A stretch of 64,000 nt of DNA, from the NCBI GenBank assembly GCA_963668695.2, contig CAXXLQ010000004.1:2016001-2080000 (forward strand). Direction: 5' to 3'. Origin of the DNA: Vicinamibacteria bacterium (GTDB lineage Bacteria; Acidobacteriota; Vicinamibacteria; Marinacidobacterales; Marinacidobacteraceae). Each line of letters starts with the position of its first letter. The stretch's first letter is position 1. Positions 59,144 through 64,000 of the stretch are shown one piece after another. The translations under genes and the position numbers were made by a program. Below the pieces are notes generated by a model, which saw only the letters and a list, made by a program, of their open reading frames with translations, was not told where the DNA came from and made no database searches.

Positions 59144-61093
59144 TCACTGGCCGTTCTTCGCGGCGGTGGTGTCGACTACCCGACCCAGCATTTCCGCATA
59201 GCGGGTGATGCCGTCGGAGACGGCCGACGCCAGCTTCGTCCGGTGGGATGAACTGCGGAGCTGCCTCGCCTCCTCGCGGTTGCTCACGAACCCCACCTCG
59301 ACCAGCACCGCGGGCATCTGGGCGCCCAGCAGCACGTGGAACCCGGCGGTCTTGACGCCGCGGTTCAGCGGGTGTTTCTCCCGGCCCAGGATGCTTTCGG
59401 CGATCTCGGCCTGCATCACCGTCGCGAGCTCCCGGGATTCTTCTTTCCGGGCGTGGTTCCAGATCTGGTCCATCAGCTTGCGGACATCGGCGATCCGGAC
59501 CTTTCCGGTGGAGGCGTTCTCCCGGGCCGCGACCTCCGCCGCGTCCGCCGAGGTGGCCAGGTTCAGGTAGAAGGTCTCGAGGCCCCGCGCGTTGCGGTTC
59601 CGCGCGGCGTTGACGTGGATCGAAACGAAGATGTCCGCTTCGCGGCTGTTGGCGATGAAGGCGCGTTGCTCAAGGGGAATGAAGACGTCCTTGTCCCGGG
59701 TCATGATCACTTCGAAGCCGCGCTGCTCGAGGTCGTCGCGGACCCGCTTCGCGACATCCAGCGCGATGTCCTTCTCGTGCAGGCTCCCGGCCCGGGTGCC
59801 CGGGTCCTTCCCGCCGTGCCCGGCGTCGATCACGATGCGGCTCACCCTGGCGCCGAGCTGGCGCGCCACCGAGTAGCCGCCCTGCGTCGGGAGGGGTACC
59901 GAGGGTGAGCCCTCGTTCTCGCTATCCGGCGTTTCGGCGGCGGCCGTCCGGGGAGCCTCGCCGGCCTTCCGCGCCCCCGCCGGGGAATCGGTCGTCTTGC
60001 CGCCGCCGGCGTCCGCCACCTGCACCGGAGGCGCCCCGTGGATGTCCACCACGAGCCGGTAGGGATCGGGGAGGGCGAACACGCTGACTTCCCGGACGCT
60101 CGAGAAATCGAGCACCACGCGGGTGGTCTTGGGTTCGGGAACGCCGAGCCGGATCTGCTGGAGGTGCGAGCCTTCGATCGGGAACGCCCGGCCCTCGAGC
60201 TCCTCGTCCGGCGTCGAGCCGTGGAGGTCGAAGAACACCCGGTCGGGATTCGTGAGCCGGCCTTCGGTGTGCGGCGTCGGCCCGCTCAGGTCGATCACCA
60301 CCCGGGTGTGCGAATCCCCGACCCAGTGGCGGATGTTCCGCACGGTGGTCGGCGGGTCGGCGGGCTTCACCTCCTGCTTCACCGGAACCGGACGGCTCGC
60401 CTCGGCCTTCGCCGGCGCCGCGGCTTGGGGGGTGCGTTCCGCCTCCGCCTTCGGAGCGGGAGCTGCCGCCCGGGGCCGCGCTGCGGGCTTCTGAAGGACG
60501 GCGGCGGCCAGCCGGGTCTCGGCGCTCTCCGGCGCGCGCTTCCGGAGCCGCTCGAGCGCGCGCCGCGCTTCGGCCTCGTCGCCGAGTCGGCCGGCGTAGA
60601 GACGCACCTGCGCGTAGAGCGCCTTCGGCACCCACTTGCTCGCCGGGTAGCCGCGGATCAGGAGGGCCCAGGCATCGGCGGCGCGCACCGCGAACCGGCG
60701 GTCGTCGAAGCGTTCGGCGGCGTCGCGATAGACGCCCCCCTCGTAGTGGAGCGCGTCGTCGCAATAGCCGCTTCGCGGGAAGGAGATGACCACCGACCGG
60801 TACTTCCGCCCGACGTTCTCCCATCGTCCCCGGTTGCGCATCGCGGTCTTCGAGCCGCGGAGCGACTCCTCCGCGCGCCGCGCCGCTTCGTAGAGCTGTT
60901 TCGCGGTGGCCGCCCCGGCGCCGGCCTCGCGGGAGGCGGCGGCCGGGGCCGCCAGCGCCATCCCGGCGCTCATGAGCACGGCGACCCCAACCGCGGAGAG
61001 CCGGGCGGCTGCGAGCCCAACCGCGGAGAGCCCAACCACGGGGAACCGCGCCGCGGCGAGCCGGACGGAACCGAACGTCGGGATCACGAGCAA
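59144..61093 (-). CDS. N-acetylmuramoyl-L-alanine amidase (TPR-like + AMIN + Amidase_3)
   Basis: IVIDAGHGGKDPG, EKD, FVSIHVNA, GLETFY, VLVEVGFVSN; AMIN-like RVVIDL/PDRVFFD. Confidence 0.92.
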   Translation of the reverse strand: MLVIPTFGSVRLAAARFPVVGLSAVGLAAARLSAVGVAVLMSAGMALAAPAAASREAGAGAATAKQLYEAARRAEESLRGSKTAMRNRGRWENVGRKYRSVVISFPRSGYCDDALHYEGGVYRDAAERFDDRRFAVRAADAWALLIRGYPASKWVPKALYAQVRLYAGRLGDEAEARRALERLRKRAPESAETRLAAAVLQKPAARPRAAAPAPKAEAERTPQAAAPAKAEASRPVPVKQEVKPADPPTTVRNIRHWVGDSHTRVVIDLSGPTPHTEGRLTNPDRVFFDLHGSTPDEELEGRAFPIEGSHLQQIRLGVPEPKTTRVVLDFSSVREVSVFALPDPYRLVVDIHGAPPVQVADAGGGKTTDSPAGARKAGEAPRTAAAETPDSENEGSPSVPLPTQGGYSVARQLGARVSRIVIDAGHGGKDPGTRAGSLHEKDIALDVAKRVRDDLEQRGFEVIMTRDKDVFIPLEQRAFIANSREADIFVSIHVNAARNRNARGLETFYLNLATSADAAEVAARENASTGKVRIADVRKLMDQIWNHARKEESRELATVMQAEIAESILGREKHPLNRGVKTAGFHVLLGAQMPAVLVEVGFVSNREEARQLRSSSHRTKLASAVSDGITRYAEMLGRVVDTTAAKNGQ

Positions 61094-61094
61094 C

Positions 61095-63407
61095 TCACGA
61101 GGGGGGCGTCACCAGGACGTCGCGCGGCTGGGCGCCGCGGGCCGGGCCGACCACGCCTTGGCGTTCGAGTTCCGCGACGATGCGCCGCGCCCGCTGGTAG
61201 CCGAGGCCCATTTCGGTCTGGAGCATCGAAGTGGACGCCTTCTGCTCGCGGATGATGAGGTCGCGGGCCCGAGGCAGCATCGAGTCCTCCCTGGATACCG
61301 CAGCGCCGTTTGCCGCCGGAATCGCTCCGTTACCCGAGCGCACGAAGGGAAGCGGCTGCTCCTCCTCCAGCATCCCCGTGTCGAAGACCGGTTTGGCGGC
61401 GCTCTCCCAGAACTTGACGAACCTTCCGACCTCTTTTTCGTCCACGTACCCGCCCTGCGCCCGGGGCAGGTCGGCGCCCGGCCGCATCATCAGCATGTCG
61501 CCCTTGCCGAGCAGCATTTCGGCGCCCACCCGGTCCAGGATGGTCCGCGAGTCCACGTAGCTGGCCACCCGGAAGGCGATGCGGGTAGGCAGGTTCGCCT
61601 TCAGCGTGCCGCTCACGATGTCGATCGAGGGGCGCTGGGTCGCCAGCACGAGGTGGATCCCCTCGGCGCGGCCCAGGCTGAGCAGCCGCTGGATCGCCGG
61701 CGTCACTTCCGCCTTGGCGTGGATGAAGAGGTCGGCGAGCTCGTCCACCACGATCACCAGCCGGGGCAGGGGCGCCGGGATCTCGGACTCTTCTTCGTTC
61801 TTCTTCCGGCGCTTCCGCGACTTGTCCGCGGCCATCTTCTCCACCAGCCGGTTGAAGCCGTCGATGTTCCGAACCCCGTGCTCTTCCAGGATCCGGGTGC
61901 GGCGGTCCAACTCGCGGCAGGCGTGCTGCAGCACCGTCTTCGCCTTGTCCGGTTCGAGGATGAGCGGGGTCAGCAGGTGCGGGATGTTCCGGTAGGGCCG
62001 GAGTTCCACCCGCTTCGGATCGATCAGGATCAGGCGCAGTTCGTCGGGGGTGCGCCGCGCGAGCAGCGAGCAGAGCAGGGTGTTGATCTGCACCGACTTG
62101 CCCGCGCCGGTAGCGCCGGCGATCAGCAGATGGGGCATCTCGGCCAGGTCCTTGACCAGCGGCCGTCCGTCCACCAGCCGTCCGATCGCGACCGGCAGCG
62201 CCCCGCTCTCGTCCTGGAACTCGGGCGCCTCGAGGATTTCCCGCAGGCCGACCACCGAGGGTGACTCGTTCGGCACTTCGATCCCCACCACCCCCTTGCC
62301 CTTCACCCGCTCCACCCGGATGGCGGGGGCGCGGAGCGCCATGCAGATCTCTTCGTGGCGGTTGCGGAGCTTCTTGAGCGTTTCGCCTTCGCCCAGCCGG
62401 AACTCGAAGGTCGTGACCACCGGCCCCGGCTGGATGCGGTCCACCTGGCCGCGTACCCCGTATTCGAGACACGCGGCTTCGAGGGCCTTCCGCCGCTCTT
62501 CGAGCGCCCGCTTCGCGGGAGCCGGCTGGTGCGCCCGCCGGGTGAGGAGCTGGAGCGAGGGCAGTTTCCAGGCGCCGGGAGCCGGCGGCGCGCCGGGTTT
62601 TTGAGGTTTCGACAGCAGGTCGGGCCGGGAGCGCGGCCGGGCCACCGGGACGCGTTCGGTGGCGGGGTCCGTTTCCGGGTCGGGCCTCTTGCGCTTGCGC
62701 CGGATGCGCGCCACGAAGGGCCGCTCGAAGCCTTCCCCGATCTCCGGCTCCTCAGCGACGAGCTCTTCCGGCGGGCGCTCCGCCGGGCGGAACCGGCGAA
62801 GGAGCCGCGAGATCCAGCGCCTGCCCTGACTGCTGTCGTGTTCCTTGAGCGCGGGGCCGCCGAAGCCCCATTCCCGGAGCGCGGCGTAGCCCATCAGCCC
62901 CACCGTCCCCAGCACCAGCCCCGCTCCGAGCGGGTTCATGGCGCCCGAGAGTGCGGTCGCCAGCAGGGAGCCGCCGATTCCGCCCCAGGCGAAGCTCCCG
63001 CTCCAGGCAGGACCTCCGGCCGCTCCGTCGCCGAAGACCTGCTGGGCGAGGGAGGCGAGACCGGTCGCGCTGACCGCGAGGCTCGCAAGAATGAGGATCC
63101 GCACCGCGGTCGAGTCGTCCCCCTCGGGGGGAGCGGGGCGGAGACGCCGCCGGCCTGCCTGGATGAGCACCAGCGGCAGCGCGAAGCCGATCACGCCGAG
63201 GAGTTGCAGGATTACTTCGGCGAGGAGCGCCCCGGTCGGCCCGAGCCAGTTCGTCACCGTTTCGTGGGTGCCCGTCTTGAGCAGCAGCACGGGATCCCCC
63301 GACGCATAGGAGACGAGCGAGAGGAGGAGGAGCGCGGCGACCGCGAGCATGGCTATGGCGGTGACGCCCCGGCGGCCGAATACCGCCCTAAGCGCTTGAG
63401 AGGCCAA
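61095..63407 (-). CDS. ftsK: DNA translocase FtsK
   Basis: N-terminal TM region, PHLLIAGATGAGKS, IVVDELADL, ATQRPS, DSRTIL, C-terminal gamma domain. Confidence 0.95.
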   Translation of the reverse strand: MASQALRAVFGRRGVTAIAMLAVAALLLLSLVSYASGDPVLLLKTGTHETVTNWLGPTGALLAEVILQLLGVIGFALPLVLIQAGRRRLRPAPPEGDDSTAVRILILASLAVSATGLASLAQQVFGDGAAGGPAWSGSFAWGGIGGSLLATALSGAMNPLGAGLVLGTVGLMGYAALREWGFGGPALKEHDSSQGRRWISRLLRRFRPAERPPEELVAEEPEIGEGFERPFVARIRRKRKRPDPETDPATERVPVARPRSRPDLLSKPQKPGAPPAPGAWKLPSLQLLTRRAHQPAPAKRALEERRKALEAACLEYGVRGQVDRIQPGPVVTTFEFRLGEGETLKKLRNRHEEICMALRAPAIRVERVKGKGVVGIEVPNESPSVVGLREILEAPEFQDESGALPVAIGRLVDGRPLVKDLAEMPHLLIAGATGAGKSVQINTLLCSLLARRTPDELRLILIDPKRVELRPYRNIPHLLTPLILEPDKAKTVLQHACRELDRRTRILEEHGVRNIDGFNRLVEKMAADKSRKRRKKNEEESEIPAPLPRLVIVVDELADLFIHAKAEVTPAIQRLLSLGRAEGIHLVLATQRPSIDIVSGTLKANLPTRIAFRVASYVDSRTILDRVGAEMLLGKGDMLMMRPGADLPRAQGGYVDEKEVGRFVKFWESAAKPVFDTGMLEEEQPLPFVRSGNGAIPAANGAAVSREDSMLPRARDLIIREQKASTSMLQTEMGLGYQRARRIVAELERQGVVGPARGAQPRDVLVTPPS

Positions 63408-64000
63408 TGCCGATCCCTCCGACCGCGAGGCAGTACCAGCCGAACTGGTGGAACCGCTCCCGGGAAAGCCAGTCGAATACCCAGCGCAGCGCGAACGTCC
63501 CGGCCACGAATGCGGTGAGGAACCCGACCGTCAGTTCCAGCGCGACGACGCCTCCTGCCTCCGCGAGCGCGCCGCTGCCGAGGGCGGAGGCGCCTTCGAG
63601 CAGCGTCGCTCCGGCGATCACCGGGGCGGACAGCAGGAAGCTGAAACGGGCGGCGTCCGCGGGTGAGACGCCGCGTTCGCGGCCGGCGACGATGGTGAGC
63701 CCCGACCGGGAGATTCCGGGAAGGATGGCCGCCGCCTGGGCGACTCCGATCCAGAGCGCATCGGCGAGGCCGCGCGGGAGGCGCGGGATGGCCGGGGCGG
63801 GTTTCGCCGACAGGTTTGCGGCGTCTTTCGCCGGCCGCCGGAAGGCGAGCAGCACCGCCCCGGTCAGCACCAGGCCGCCGCCGGCGACGGCCATCCCGCT
63901 GAACGCGTGGTGGATCTGGTCCCGGAATGCGACCCCGACGATGGCCGCCGGTACCGACGCGACGAGCAGCAGCCCGATGAGCCGTCGCCCGCGCTGGACG
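63388..64000 (-). CDS. uppP: Undecaprenyl-diphosphate phosphatase, 5' end outside window
   Basis: IGVAQAAAILPGISRSGLTI and AARFSFLLS motifs. Confidence 0.9.
   Translation of the reverse strand, partial: VQRGRRLIGLLLVASVPAAIVGVAFRDQIHHAFSGMAVAGGGLVLTGAVLLAFRRPAKDAANLSAKPAPAIPRLPRGLADALWIGVAQAAAILPGISRSGLTIVAGRERGVSPADAARFSFLLSAPVIAGATLLEGASALGSGALAEAGGVVALELTVGFLTAFVAGTFALRWVFDWLSRERFHQFGWYCLAVGGIGIGLSSA

Overview
High-GC bacterial chromosome segment. The gene repertoire (Oar-like TonB-dependent receptor, multiheme-TPR, CRTAC1/FG-GAP, many exported amidohydrolases) suggests Acidobacteriota or a similar lineage; this is inference only. There are about 50 CDS: exported hydrolases and amino-acid catabolic enzymes, a xanthine-dehydrogenase-family molybdoenzyme operon, thiolase/hbd, recA, tRNA-Phe, an amidase, ftsK and a partial uppP. 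Accessory genes include three type II toxin-antitoxin pairs (one with a dead toxin), an RloA/RloB pair whose rloB is split by a MITE, and an AAA/DUF4143 ATPase with an internal VNTR. No transposase, integrase, reverse transcriptase or CRISPR array is visible. The most unusual content is intergenic: (A) a TA-targeting MITE family of about 10 copies; (B, C, D) further palindromic or REP-like families; (E) a ~250-bp covarying scaffold carrying a copy-specific ~45-nt loop; a constant 20-nt module (CCAGTTCTCCCGGTGGGGGC, roughly 30 copies) inserted at 7 or more different sites in three unrelated repeat families and not seen in coding DNA; and a single-copy ~280-nt structured RNA candidate with its own promoter and U-tract. 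Coordinates and counts were read by eye; gene starts are best estimates.
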